64,000 nt of DNA from an uncultured Acidobacteriota bacterium (GCA_963777605.1 CAVZRV010000027.1:1-64000); one strand, 5' to 3'; counted from the first letter of the stretch, positions 41,944-51,647 are shown. Translations and numbers: made by a program. The notes: generated by a model from the letters alone, not told the origin.

Positions 41944-43974
41944 ATGCCGACGCCCGATAATCCTTTTTCTAAATTCGGCTTTCAAGTTAAAGAGTGCTAT
42001 CCTTTTCAGGTGATTCGGAAGTGTCTGTGGGCGATCGTCTTTGCCTCTTCGATCGCTCTGCTGACTTTGTTTTTCACTTTTCCGTTTCATAGACTGCTAT
42101 TCGGGCTGGTTTGTGTTGTAGTCGGAGCAGCCACGCTTCGGAGCGCGTCTCTTGGACTCTTTGTATTCCTTCTCTTCACGCTCCCGACACTCCAGATTCC
42201 AGCACTAAGCGGCTTGCCTTACTTCTTCGGACCCGAACCACCGATGCTGGCGTTCATTGCAGTCGTCTCGCTGAAGAATCTGCTCGTTCCTCGCCCACTC
42301 GAGTTTGGCGATATCCCGGCTGCTTTTCTTATCCTTTTCGTCACTGCTGTCTGCGCGTCGGCGTTTCTGGTTTGGCTTTCGCTTTGGCAATTTCCCGGGC
42401 CTTGGCCGATACTCCTGACGCTCGACGGAATCAGGCAGGTCTTCTTTTGGAGATGGGGAAATCCACTGAATTTCCTTCGGGTTGGGCTACTATTTCTGGA
42501 AGGCCCTGTCATCCTGTTCTGTGTGCTCAGTACCTTTCGACAACGCCCGGGGCAAACGGTCCGTGCAATCATCTCAGCACTGTTCATTTTGGCAACTTTG
42601 TTGATGGCCTATTCGGCAGCCGAACTTCTCATTCGCGGGAAGACACTGAGTTTGCATCCGGGCTTCGGGCCTGTTTTCATGGACCGCAATGCCTATGCGG
42701 CATTTTGGGTTGCGATCGTTCCTCTTGGGCTGGCCTCAACCGCCCAGACTCGTGGCCGTCTTCGGATGGCCCTCGTTCTCTTCACGGCTGCTGCAGCAGT
42801 GTTTTGTCTTATCTCCTTGTCTGTCACGGGGGTCTTCTCACTGATCGTCGCAACTTTTCTCTACTTTCTGCTGGCCACGCCCAAACCGACCCCATTGCTG
42901 ATTGCCCGGCGGTTCATTCCGGCACTGGTGATTTTCCTCCTGGTGTCACCAGCCATCGTATGGTTGGTTTCGATGAGTCCTAAGCTGCAGCAGAATCTGC
43001 AGGCTCGAATGGGGGAACGAATCGCTTTCTGGCTCCCTGCCGTGACAATGGCGGAGGAAAAGCCGTTTCTTGGACTTGGCCCCGGGGAGTTCTATCGTCT
43101 TCTCCCTCTGTACCGTGAGAGGAACGATGACCTGCCCGCATCAGCCTTCAAACAGGAAAATGCCCATAACTATTACCTTCAACTAGGGGCCGAGATCGGA
43201 ATCCTGGGAGTGCTCGGGTTCCTAGGCCTCAACATCTCTCTGATCTTTGGTTCTCTACAGGGCCTCGCCGAGGGCGCTTCGTACGATTTTCCCGAGCCGA
43301 GATCAAAGATCTCGACGGATCCGGGAACTTCCACGAACCCCAACGGGCACTCTGTGTCAGAACAGTTAAGAACCATTCGAAACAACTTCCCAAATGGACG
43401 AAGCGTGCTGGCAGGCCTGCTCGCCGCGCTTATCGGGCTATTGGTTTTTTCGGTGGCACAGCACCCCTTGCTACGGCTCGATTTTCAAATCTTCTTTTGG
43501 ACACTGGCCGCCGTTATCGCCGGATCCGCTCCCCAGAAGAACTCTCGTGCCCGCCAAAAATTCAAGACCGCAGCGCTGTTGCTCGTACTCCTGGCCACAC
43601 TGGGGCAATATGCATTCAATCCTCTCACAGACCGTACCAATTTCAGCTACGGTCTGCACGCCGATCCGTCGCACCCTGGATCCTCCAATTTCCGAACGGA
43701 GTCCCTCGTCTTTAGAAGGATTACCGGAAACGCCAGGGAGACCAACTTTCAAATCCGAAGTTGGCAAGGGACAGGAAATCAGAAGGTCCGTCTGTACGTC
43801 AACGGATCCTGGAACGAGGAAGAACTGAGTGGACGCAAATGGGTTCCTGTCCCCGTGGTTGGCCGAATGGGTCACTCAACGGACCTGGGCATCCAGGTAA
43901 TCGACTCCTTGCCTATCGGCTTCGCCGACAGCTGGGGCGCAGGAGTGCTCCTGTCGGAGGCACCAGGTCCGTAG
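41944..43974 (+). CDS. O-antigen ligase family membrane protein
   Basis: Many TM segments; R..FW...PFLGLGPG, NAHNYYLQLGAEIGILG. Confidence 0.88.
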   Translation: MPTPDNPFSKFGFQVKECYPFQVIRKCLWAIVFASSIALLTLFFTFPFHRLLFGLVCVVVGAATLRSASLGLFVFLLFTLPTLQIPALSGLPYFFGPEPPMLAFIAVVSLKNLLVPRPLEFGDIPAAFLILFVTAVCASAFLVWLSLWQFPGPWPILLTLDGIRQVFFWRWGNPLNFLRVGLLFLEGPVILFCVLSTFRQRPGQTVRAIISALFILATLLMAYSAAELLIRGKTLSLHPGFGPVFMDRNAYAAFWVAIVPLGLASTAQTRGRLRMALVLFTAAAAVFCLISLSVTGVFSLIVATFLYFLLATPKPTPLLIARRFIPALVIFLLVSPAIVWLVSMSPKLQQNLQARMGERIAFWLPAVTMAEEKPFLGLGPGEFYRLLPLYRERNDDLPASAFKQENAHNYYLQLGAEIGILGVLGFLGLNISLIFGSLQGLAEGASYDFPEPRSKISTDPGTSTNPNGHSVSEQLRTIRNNFPNGRSVLAGLLAALIGLLVFSVAQHPLLRLDFQIFFWTLAAVIAGSAPQKNSRARQKFKTAALLLVLLATLGQYAFNPLTDRTNFSYGLHADPSHPGSSNFRTESLVFRRITGNARETNFQIRSWQGTGNQKVRLYVNGSWNEEELSGRKWVPVPVVGRMGHSTDLGIQVIDSLPIGFADSWGAGVLLSEAPGP

Positions 43975-44009
43975 TCCTTCGTCACTGCTGGTGTCGTATC
44001 ACAGAGCAC

Positions 44010-44834
44010 CTAAACAAAGATGCCTGCCAGTAGCACGAGCACGAGGGTGGCCAGCGCGAAGATTACCGAAACCCATGCCTCAGGTACCCCTTTTCGAAGA
44101 AGGCGATGGGACAGGTGATCTTTTCCTCCCTGGAAGGGCGAAACGCCTCGGAAGATTCGAGTCAGAGATACGAAAAGTGTATCGACCAACGGCACACCGA
44201 GAACGAGCACCGGAATCCACCAGCGGTTCAAAGGCATACCATACAGGGGCAAAACAGCCAGAGCGAAGCCTACCAAATGGCTACCGCTATCCCCTAAATA
44301 AAGGCCGGCAGGTGGGCGATTGAAACACAGGAATGCCGCGAGCGCCCCGGCAAGCGGAACAAGTGCCCAGTCAGCACCTTGACCTAACCAGGTGAATCCA
44401 AGCGCAGCAACCAGGCCAACACTTGGCGCCAGACCATCCATGTTGTCGAGGAGGTTAAGTGAATTGGTCGTCCCAACTATCCAGAAATACCAGACCGGAA
44501 GAGCCCACCAGCCGATGACGAGGTAAAGGTCTCCTCCCCATGTACTGGTGGAAACAAAGGCGATAAAGAGCACTGCTGCCACAGACTGACCAGCGAACTT
44601 GGCGAGTGGGCTGAGTTTGACCAAATCATCAACTGCGCCCACCAGGAAGACCAGGGCCAAGGTGAACCAGAAAAGGCGGAGCGTGAATAGCGCACTCGGC
44701 CCATGGCCCCAAAAGACGCCCGCAAGCATGGCAATCAGAACAGCGTATCCCCCCAACCGAGGTGGGTTGGAGGGGTCTCTTCTCAAAAAAAAAGCCAGCA
44801 CGAGGCTGGCCCCAAAAGCGATCAAGAAGGCCAC
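44010..44834 (-). CDS. MraY/WecA-family undecaprenyl-phosphate HexNAc-1-phosphate transferase
   Basis: PRLGG, GAVDD, NSLNLLDNMDGL, YLGDSGS, DHLSHRL; start uncertain. Confidence 0.88.
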   Translation of the reverse strand: MAFLIAFGASLVLAFFLRRDPSNPPRLGGYAVLIAMLAGVFWGHGPSALFTLRLFWFTLALVFLVGAVDDLVKLSPLAKFAGQSVAAVLFIAFVSTSTWGGDLYLVIGWWALPVWYFWIVGTTNSLNLLDNMDGLAPSVGLVAALGFTWLGQGADWALVPLAGALAAFLCFNRPPAGLYLGDSGSHLVGFALAVLPLYGMPLNRWWIPVLVLGVPLVDTLFVSLTRIFRGVSPFQGGKDHLSHRLLRKGVPEAWVSVIFALATLVLVLLAGIFV

Positions 44835-44879
44835 GGGCCGTCATTATCAGGCCCCCGGCGCTTGCTAAGCAAGTATGGT

Positions 44880-45899
44880 CTACTTCACCGCCGTCGTCTT
44901 CGAGTGATCCGGGTCTTCCCTGTTCACCAGGCGTCGCCCGTTCGGTATCGATAACCCCGCTGCAAAGCCCGCCAGAAATGCCAGGTTGCCTCCCAGAATG
45001 AAGATTGGGGATCGCAATCCCAGCCATACCGAGCGGCGGAATGCCTCAATCAGGGTCACCCGGGAGAAGGATAGTGAAAGAAGTAAAAGGATAACGCCCA
45101 CCCACCATTTCAACAGCAAGCCCAAGGGTGCCAGCCCAAGTGCGACCAACTGGAGCCTGCGCGACGGGGGAGTGCTCGAGTCCGAGAGGGCCTTTCCCGA
45201 GTAGCGGCGGTAGAGGCGAGGCGCAAATCGGCCGTATAGGAATCGCCGCTTCAGGTGATGGGACAGTGACTCAGGATGGCGATGCTCCACGACTGCATCT
45301 GAAACGTAGCGCATCCGGATCCCTTCCGATGCGAGCCGGAACGAGAGTTCCAGGTCCTCCAGTTTCCCGAATCCTTCATCAAAGGGGTCCTCGGGAAGGG
45401 CGTCCTTCCGGAAGGCACAGGTCGCGGTATTGACGAAGTCCGTGTCCGGGAACCGCTCCATCCGCTCGTAGCGACGGTCCAGTTCGATCTGGATCATCCG
45501 GGCGACCCAGTTCCCCTGCCCCGACACAAACCGGCCCACCGTTCCCTGGCAGTCGGAGTCGTCGCTGCCGGTTTGCCGATGCCGGACAGCCAGGGGCAGG
45601 GCCATCTGCTCGATCCAGCCCGGCCCCGGTACACAGTCCGCGTCGAGAAAGAGGATCCTCCCTCCGGATGACTCCCTCAATCCCCGGTTTCGAGCCGCCG
45701 ACGCACCTCGCCCGTCGATCTGAACCAGGCGGACCGGAAACCGACGCGCGATCGCGGCAGTGTCGTCCGACGAGCCGTCATCGACAACGATGACCTCGAA
45801 ACGGGTCGTGTCGACGGTCTGCCGAGACAGTCCGTCCAGGCACGCACCCAGCGTCCTCGCCCCGTTCCGAACCGGGATGATAACCGAGAAGTCGATCAA
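44880..45899 (-). CDS. GT2 glycosyltransferase
   Basis: SVIIPVRN, VVDDGSSD, ARNRG, FLDADC, EDLELSFR; real start judged to be the TTG downstream of the repeat tract. Confidence 0.88.
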   Translation of the reverse strand: MIDFSVIIPVRNGARTLGACLDGLSRQTVDTTRFEVIVVDDGSSDDTAAIARRFPVRLVQIDGRGASAARNRGLRESSGGRILFLDADCVPGPGWIEQMALPLAVRHRQTGSDDSDCQGTVGRFVSGQGNWVARMIQIELDRRYERMERFPDTDFVNTATCAFRKDALPEDPFDEGFGKLEDLELSFRLASEGIRMRYVSDAVVEHRHPESLSHHLKRRFLYGRFAPRLYRRYSGKALSDSSTPPSRRLQLVALGLAPLGLLLKWWVGVILLLLSLSFSRVTLIEAFRRSVWLGLRSPIFILGGNLAFLAGFAAGLSIPNGRRLVNREDPDHSKTTAVK

Positions 45900-45932
45900 C
45901 AGGTTAGCCTTTGCATACTTTAGGGGCCTCAC

Positions 45933-46072
45933 GGGGTTCCAGGTTCCAAGGTTCCGGGGTTCCGAGGTTCCAAGGTTCCGGGGTTCCGAGGTTCCGAGTT
46001 CCGAGGTTTCGGGTTCCGAGGTTTCGGGTTCCGAGGTTTCGAGGTTCCAAGGTTCCGGGGTTCCGAGGTTTC
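45933..46072. repeat. Degenerate 7/8-mer tandem array (AGGTTCCG-like)
   Basis: About 18 units of (A/G)GGTT(C/T)C(G/A). Confidence 0.9.
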
Positions 46073-46156
46073 GGCGGTGGCGCGGTTTGGTGCCGGACAC
46101 AGAGCCGGGGGTAAGGCGAAGCCGCGGCCCCGGGTTCCCGGCACGGTGCCCAGCGC

Positions 46157-46254
46157 GGAATCGGGAATCGGGAATCGGGAATCGGGAATCGGGAATCGGG
46201 AATCGGGAATCGGGAATCGGGAATCGGGAATCGGGAATCGGGAATCGGGAATCG
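46157..46254. repeat. Perfect heptamer tandem repeat (GGAATCG)x14
   Basis: Counted directly: 98 bp. Confidence 0.97.
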
Positions 46255-46683
46255 GGTAGGAAGTGTCCCCGTTCCACGTTCATTGTTCAAGGGGAAAACC
46301 GCACAAATGGCGAAAACCCCCGCGCCGCCCCCGCAAAAACCTTCTGCCAGTGCGACAAGGGGCTCAAGGTTCCCAGTTCCATGTTCAAGCGGGGCACCGC
46401 ACAAAACCCGACCAACCCACGCGCCGAACGCAAACCCATTTCCTGCCCCGGCCAGCCACAAAACCCAAAGGCGCAACGTCATTTCCAGCCCTGGGCAGCG
46501 CCCAGGGAAACCCCGACACACCAAGAAGTCCCTGCGCTGAAAGCGCGACTCAACCCCTCCGCGCATCCTCCGCGTCGTCGCGCCATCACGGCTTGCCCAA
46601 CGGGTTCCGAGGTTTCTGGTTTCTGGTTTCTGGTTCCTTTGAGAGATGATCGCTGATTTTGGAGATCGGACGTTCTTTCGGTG

Positions 46684-46822
46684 TTCAGAACGCGAGTGAA
46701 GCGAGCGCGTCTCCAGGCCTCCATCCGCCGCCGATCCTGGATCTTGCCGCCCGCAGCCTCCGGCAGAACTCCCGGCGGTTAGAGCACGTCTGCAGCAGCG
46801 CTCGCTTCACTCGCGTTCTGAA
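46684..46822. repeat. 139-bp element with perfect 25-bp terminal inverted repeats
   Basis: TTCAGAACGCGAGTGAAGCGAGCGC at 46684-46708 and its exact reverse complement at 46798-46822. Confidence 0.9.
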
Positions 46823-46904
46823 ATCCGCCTCCCCAGGATCCAGCCGGCCACTCCTTGCGGCGCACCAGGCCGGAACCCCGCGAACACAGCCCGCCTCAGG
46901 CGGG

Positions 46905-47192
46905 CGGAATCGAGTAGCCCAGGACGAAGCAAAGCGGAGTCCTGGGTGCGCGCGGCCTGTCGCCAACCCAAGCCCCGCTCGCGGGGCGGAATGGAGTAGC
47001 CCAGGACAAAGCGAAGCGACGTCCTGGGTCTCCCGGCCGACCCCCAACCCAAGTCCCGCCCCGGCGGGACGACAGGGCTAGGGTCAGGAGGCAGGAGACA
47101 GGAGACAGGAGACCGAGCTCCACTTACTCGAACCCCGGAACCTTACTGGTCGATCGCCCTGGCCCAAAGACAGGCGGGGACGCCTGTCCCAC
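46905..47192. repeat. GTAG/GTGG-type REP cluster plus (AGGAGAC)n
   Basis: Two GTAG-CCCAGGAC-loop-GTCCTGGG units; minus-strand GTGG-GACAGGCG..CGCCTGTC at 47169-47192. Confidence 0.8.
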
Positions 47193-47207
47193 ATCGAGAC
47201 GCGCGCC

Positions 47208-48512
47208 CTAGAGTTTCACCACGTTCTCATGCCGCCCCTTGAACGCATCCCGGCTGTCGAAGATCAACTGGGCCGAGCGCTGGATCATGCCGTAATCGAC
47301 CCTGGAGTGATCGGTCACCAGCACCACGATGTCATACCCGGCAACGGCCTCCGCCGTCAGATCAATCGAGCGTTTCTGGATATCGACCGTCCCGTGATCC
47401 GAGCGCAGATTCGGGACATACGGATCGTGGTAGTCCACCTCCGCCCCGTCCGCCTCCAGCAGCCGAATGATGTCCATCGCCGGCGATTCCCTGGTGTCGC
47501 TGACATCGCGCTTATAGGCCACGCCCAGTACCAGGACCCTGGCCCCGTTGACCGCCTTGCGCTGCCGGTTCAAGGCTTTGGCTACCTTCCCTACACAGTA
47601 CTCCGGCATCTCCGTGTTGATCTCGCTCGCCAGTTCAATGAACCGGGCGTTGTAGTTCAGTGACTTCAGCTTCCACGACAGGTAGAGCGGATCGATCGGG
47701 ATGCAGTGTCCGCCCAGTCCCGGCCCCGGATAGAAGGGCATGAAGCCGAACGGTTTCGTCGAGGCCGCCCCGATCACTTCCCAGACCGAGATCCCCAGCT
47801 TGTCGCACATCACCGCCACTTCGTTGACCAGCCCGATGTTGACCACCCGGAACGTGTTCTCGAGCAACTTCACCATCTCGGCCGCCTGCGTACAGGAGAC
47901 CGGGACCACCCGGTCGATCACCTGTTCGTAGAGAAACTGCACGATCGCCGTGCACTCGGGCGTTACGCCCCCGATCACCTTCGGCGTGTTCTTGGTGTTG
48001 AAAACGGCGTTTCCGGGATCGACCCGCTCGGGGGAGAAGGCGATGAAGACGTCCTTGCCGACCTCGAAACCGGCCGCCTCGATCTCGGTCCGCACGATCT
48101 CGTCGGTGGTCCCGGGATAGGTGGTGCTTTCGAGCACGACCAGCATGTCCTTGTGGAGGTGGGGCAGGACTCCCTGGACGGCCTGGGTGACGTAGCTGAT
48201 GTCCGGGTCGCGGGTCTTCTTCAACGGCGTGGGGACACAGATGCTCACGCAATCGACCGAGGACATGAAGTCATAAGTGGTGTAGGCTTTGAACTTGCCG
48301 GTCGCCACCCCGCCGGCGACCGCCGAGTCGGGCACGTCGAGGACGTGCGAGCGTCCGGCGTTTAACCCATCCACCTTCTCTTTCAACACGTCAACGCCGT
48401 GCACCTCGAACCCGGCCCGAATGAACTCCATGGCCAGCGGCAACCCAACGTAGCCGAGCCCGACAATCCCGATCTTCGCTTCCCGTTTTGCAATCTTCTG
48501 TTTCAGTGACAT
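47208..48512 (-). CDS. Nucleotide-sugar dehydrogenase (UDP-GlcNAc 6-dehydrogenase, WbpA-like)
   Basis: GLGYVGLP, CVPTP, ESTTYPGTT, SPERVDPG, KLLENTFR, GGHCIPIDP. Confidence 0.93.
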   Translation of the reverse strand: MSLKQKIAKREAKIGIVGLGYVGLPLAMEFIRAGFEVHGVDVLKEKVDGLNAGRSHVLDVPDSAVAGGVATGKFKAYTTYDFMSSVDCVSICVPTPLKKTRDPDISYVTQAVQGVLPHLHKDMLVVLESTTYPGTTDEIVRTEIEAAGFEVGKDVFIAFSPERVDPGNAVFNTKNTPKVIGGVTPECTAIVQFLYEQVIDRVVPVSCTQAAEMVKLLENTFRVVNIGLVNEVAVMCDKLGISVWEVIGAASTKPFGFMPFYPGPGLGGHCIPIDPLYLSWKLKSLNYNARFIELASEINTEMPEYCVGKVAKALNRQRKAVNGARVLVLGVAYKRDVSDTRESPAMDIIRLLEADGAEVDYHDPYVPNLRSDHGTVDIQKRSIDLTAEAVAGYDIVVLVTDHSRVDYGMIQRSAQLIFDSRDAFKGRHENVVKL

Positions 48513-48701
48513 GTCCTGTTTCGTTCCTGGTTTCTGGTTCCTGGTTGAACGTGACCAACGACCTCAGCGAAACCCCCGCGCCACCGCGCCTCTGCGGTTG
48601 ATCCACCTGAAATGTTAAGGGTTTCGGGTTTCCGGTGGAAGGAATCGGGGAAAGGGAATCCGGAACCCGATATCCCAGCACTTAAAAACCTCGAAACTCG
48701 C

Positions 48702-49649
48702 CTAAACTCTCTCTCTCAAGTCGAGGAAATGCTGCACCGTCCGAGCAAGCCCGTCCCGAAAGCCGGTCTGAGCCCGAAAACCCATCACTTCCTCCGCCCG
48801 TGATACGTCGGCCAGGCTGTGCCGCACGTCCCCGCTCCGGGCTTCACGATACTCCGGGCGAAAATCCGTCTTCAAAACCACATTTAAGATCGACACCAAC
48901 TCATTCAGACTGTAGCATTTCCCAAGGCCAATGTTCAGTACGCTTCCAGCCGGGGCGCAATCGGCGGCTGTAAGGTTGGCATGGACGATATTCCCCACGT
49001 AGACGAAGTCTCTCGTCTGCTCTCCATCCCCGAAAATGATCGGGGCGCGCCCGTCGATCATTCGGGTGATGAACTTGGGAATCACGGCGGCGTAGTCCGA
49101 CGCCGGGTCCTGTCGCGGACCAAAGACATTGAAGTACCGCAGGGCCACGACCGGGAATGAATACAGGTCCCGGAAAAGCCGCGCGTAGACTTCGTCCATG
49201 TACTTGGAAGCGGCGTAAGGGGACTTGGGAGCGGGCACCATCGACTCCCGCTTCGGCAATTCAGGATCATCTCCGTAGATGGCGCAAGTCGAAGCGAAAA
49301 CCACCTTCTCGACACCGGCCCGACGAGCCGCCTCGAGCACGTTCAGAGTACCGGTGACGTTGATGTCATGGCACAACTGCGGTTCCTCCACCGACTTCTG
49401 AACCGAAACCATCGCCGCCTGATGGAAGACTCTCCTCGCGCCTTCGAAGGCCGGGACAAGCGCAGCACGATCCCGGATGTCCGCCTGGACGAACTCGAAC
49501 CGTCCGCCATGATCACGATCCAATCCCTCGAGGTTCTCCAGTTTTCCAGTGCTCAGGTTGTCAATCACCCGGACGCTCCGCCCCGCCTCCAGCAACCCCC
49601 GCACCAGATGCCCCCCAATAAACCCAGCCCCCCCAGTAACTATATCCAC
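48702..49649 (-). CDS. NAD-dependent epimerase (WbpP/GalE-like extended SDR)
   Basis: TGGAGFIG, YAASK, LRYFNVFGPRQDP, GDGEQTRDF. Confidence 0.92.
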   Translation of the reverse strand: MDIVTGGAGFIGGHLVRGLLEAGRSVRVIDNLSTGKLENLEGLDRDHGGRFEFVQADIRDRAALVPAFEGARRVFHQAAMVSVQKSVEEPQLCHDINVTGTLNVLEAARRAGVEKVVFASTCAIYGDDPELPKRESMVPAPKSPYAASKYMDEVYARLFRDLYSFPVVALRYFNVFGPRQDPASDYAAVIPKFITRMIDGRAPIIFGDGEQTRDFVYVGNIVHANLTAADCAPAGSVLNIGLGKCYSLNELVSILNVVLKTDFRPEYREARSGDVRHSLADVSRAEEVMGFRAQTGFRDGLARTVQHFLDLRERV

Positions 49650-49679
49650 GACTATTCCTAGGTTGTGTGGTTGAGGGAT

Positions 49680-50230
49680 CTCAACGCAAAGGCGCTAAGA
49701 TCGCTAAGATTTCCTTTGTTTCTTTCTCTCGACGCAAGTTCCCTCGACAATTTCACAAGCTCGCACGTTATTAGATAACGATGAGCAAAGCACAACAAAT
49801 CGAATCTATTGCAGCCGAAATTGTCGATGCAGCCGTTAAAGTCCATCGCCAACTCGGACCAGGTCTCCTGGAGTCAGCTTACCGGAGATGCCATTCGTAC
49901 GAGTTGCGGAAGAGAGGACTGAAGCTTCGTCCAGAAATCAGACTGCCTATAAAGTACGATGGAATCACACTGGATGCGGGTTACCGGATAGATGCCTGGG
50001 TCGAAGGACTGGTAATCATCGAACACAAGACTGTCAGGCGCCTCCTGCCTATTCACGAAGCTCAGTTGCTGACCTACCTCCGCCTCACGGGATGTACGCT
50101 TGGCTTTCTGCTCAACTGGTACACCGTCCGAATGAAACAAGGCATCAAGCGGATGGTACTGAACCACCCAGAAGATACCCATTTCAAACAAACTATAGAA
50201 CCTTAGCGTCCTTCGCGCCTTCGCGTTGAG
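49680..50230. mobile_element. Putative cassette: GxxExxY gene bounded by 29-bp imperfect inverted repeats
   Basis: Arms at 49680-49708 and 50202-50230 match at 25/29; mobility is inferred, not shown. Confidence 0.55.
49781..50206 (+). CDS. GxxExxY protein (PD-(D/E)XK nuclease-like)
   Basis: VHRQLGPGLLESAY, YRID..VE..VIIEHK, HEAQLLTYL, GFLLN. Confidence 0.92.
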   Translation: MSKAQQIESIAAEIVDAAVKVHRQLGPGLLESAYRRCHSYELRKRGLKLRPEIRLPIKYDGITLDAGYRIDAWVEGLVIIEHKTVRRLLPIHEAQLLTYLRLTGCTLGFLLNWYTVRMKQGIKRMVLNHPEDTHFKQTIEP

Positions 50231-51647
50231 AATCCACGCTGGGGACGGAGAGGAATCCGAGGTAGACTCCGCCCACCAGGGCGATGGCGAGGCTCGGGTA
50301 GGGGTAGTCACCGACGAAGGAGATTGCGACGAGCGAGAGCAGCACCCAGGTGAGCATCACTTCGAAGACCCGCCAGCGACCGAGATCGACTTCTCCGAAC
50401 TCCAGTCTGAACGTTGCCACAGCCAGGGTCACTGCCGCCCACCAGAAACTGCCGAGTTTGGCTCCCAGGGGAATGGCATCGGTCATCATATAGGTCAACT
50501 GAGCCAGCAGGCCGGCTCCCACTCCCAGTGCGAGGGCCCGCCGAAACGACGAACCCGTCCGGCGCCCCGAAAGCCAGAGCATCCGACCGATGGCGGTCAG
50601 GATCCCCGCATAGGCCACCAGCCCCGGAATCCCGAGGTCCAGGGCGGTTTGCAGGAACTGGTTGTGCGCGCTCGCAATATCCGTATCCGGGGAGATGAGG
50701 AAGAGGGGATAAAGGACGTGGACCACCTTCCGGAAGGCATTCATCCCCATCCCGGTAAAGGGAAAATCCTGAATCCCGTAAACCGCCCGGTTCCAGATCT
50801 CCATCCGCGCCGCCAGTCCGATCTCACCGGCGCCCGATTCCACCACCTCGCCGACGGCCTCCTGGTTCCAGGGCGCCCACACCAGCAACCCGACGACGGC
50901 GAGCACCACTACTCCGAGGGCGGCCCATCGAAGCCAGCGGTACCGGATAACCAGCAGCAACCCGATCGACACCATAAAGCCGGCCCAGGCACTGCGGGAC
51001 TGGGTCAGGACCAGAACCCCCAAAGCCCCCGAGCCACCCGCGAGCAGGACCCACCCGAGGGCGCGGCCCCACCGCTCCCCGACGATCTGCCTCGTCAACA
51101 TCCAGCCCAGCACTCCGATCAGGGGCAGAAACAGGACCAGGGAGCCACCCACCGGGTTGGCATTGAGTGCGCCTTCGGGCACAGGAACCGGAAGCCGGGG
51201 CGGCAGATACGGGATAACCGCCCGCACCAGCGGCAATTTCGCGGAGAAGGGGGTGATCAGAAAGCCGAGCAGCGCAAAACCGAGTCCGCCAAGACAGAAG
51301 AGCCCGGTCGCAATCCAGAGTCGACGGTCCCGATCCAGCCACTGAATGGCGGCCAGGAGCGCAAATACCCCCAGCAGCGTCCCCGCAATCTTCCCCAGGC
51401 TGAACGAGACATCGAACGTCGCCCAGACACTGACCCCAACCATGATCAGCAGGGCCAGCAACAACGGATTCAGGAGATTCGGCTCAACAAAGTGCCGCCG
51501 GACCACAAACCCGGCGACCCAAACCAGCGGCACAGCCAAAACCACGGGCATCCAGGGCAACCGCGGGAAAAGCAACAGCGGCGCGAGAATCGCCACTACT
51601 CCCAGGTGTACCCAACTGTGTAAACTCGCTGCCCGACCCAGGTTCAT
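50193..51647 (-). CDS. O-antigen ligase family protein
   Basis: LTQSRSAW, ARMEIW, PFTGMG, SAHNQFLQTALDLGIPG. Confidence 0.9.
   Translation of the reverse strand: MNLGRAASLHSWVHLGVVAILAPLLLFPRLPWMPVVLAVPLVWVAGFVVRRHFVEPNLLNPLLLALLIMVGVSVWATFDVSFSLGKIAGTLLGVFALLAAIQWLDRDRRLWIATGLFCLGGLGFALLGFLITPFSAKLPLVRAVIPYLPPRLPVPVPEGALNANPVGGSLVLFLPLIGVLGWMLTRQIVGERWGRALGWVLLAGGSGALGVLVLTQSRSAWAGFMVSIGLLLVIRYRWLRWAALGVVVLAVVGLLVWAPWNQEAVGEVVESGAGEIGLAARMEIWNRAVYGIQDFPFTGMGMNAFRKVVHVLYPLFLISPDTDIASAHNQFLQTALDLGIPGLVAYAGILTAIGRMLWLSGRRTGSSFRRALALGVGAGLLAQLTYMMTDAIPLGAKLGSFWWAAVTLAVATFRLEFGEVDLGRWRVFEVMLTWVLLSLVAISFVGDYPYPSLAIALVGGVYLGFLSVPSVDSQREGAKDAKVL

Noticed and set aside
45900-46283. Repeat-rich N-terminal extension (RFPIPDS)n of the GT2 ORF and overlapping repeat ORFs
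   Set aside because: Translation artefact of stop-free 7/8-mer DNA arrays; the GT2 domain starts at ~45899.
45933-47192. CRISPR array
   Set aside because: The repeats are contiguous or palindromic with no unique regular spacers, and there are no cas genes.
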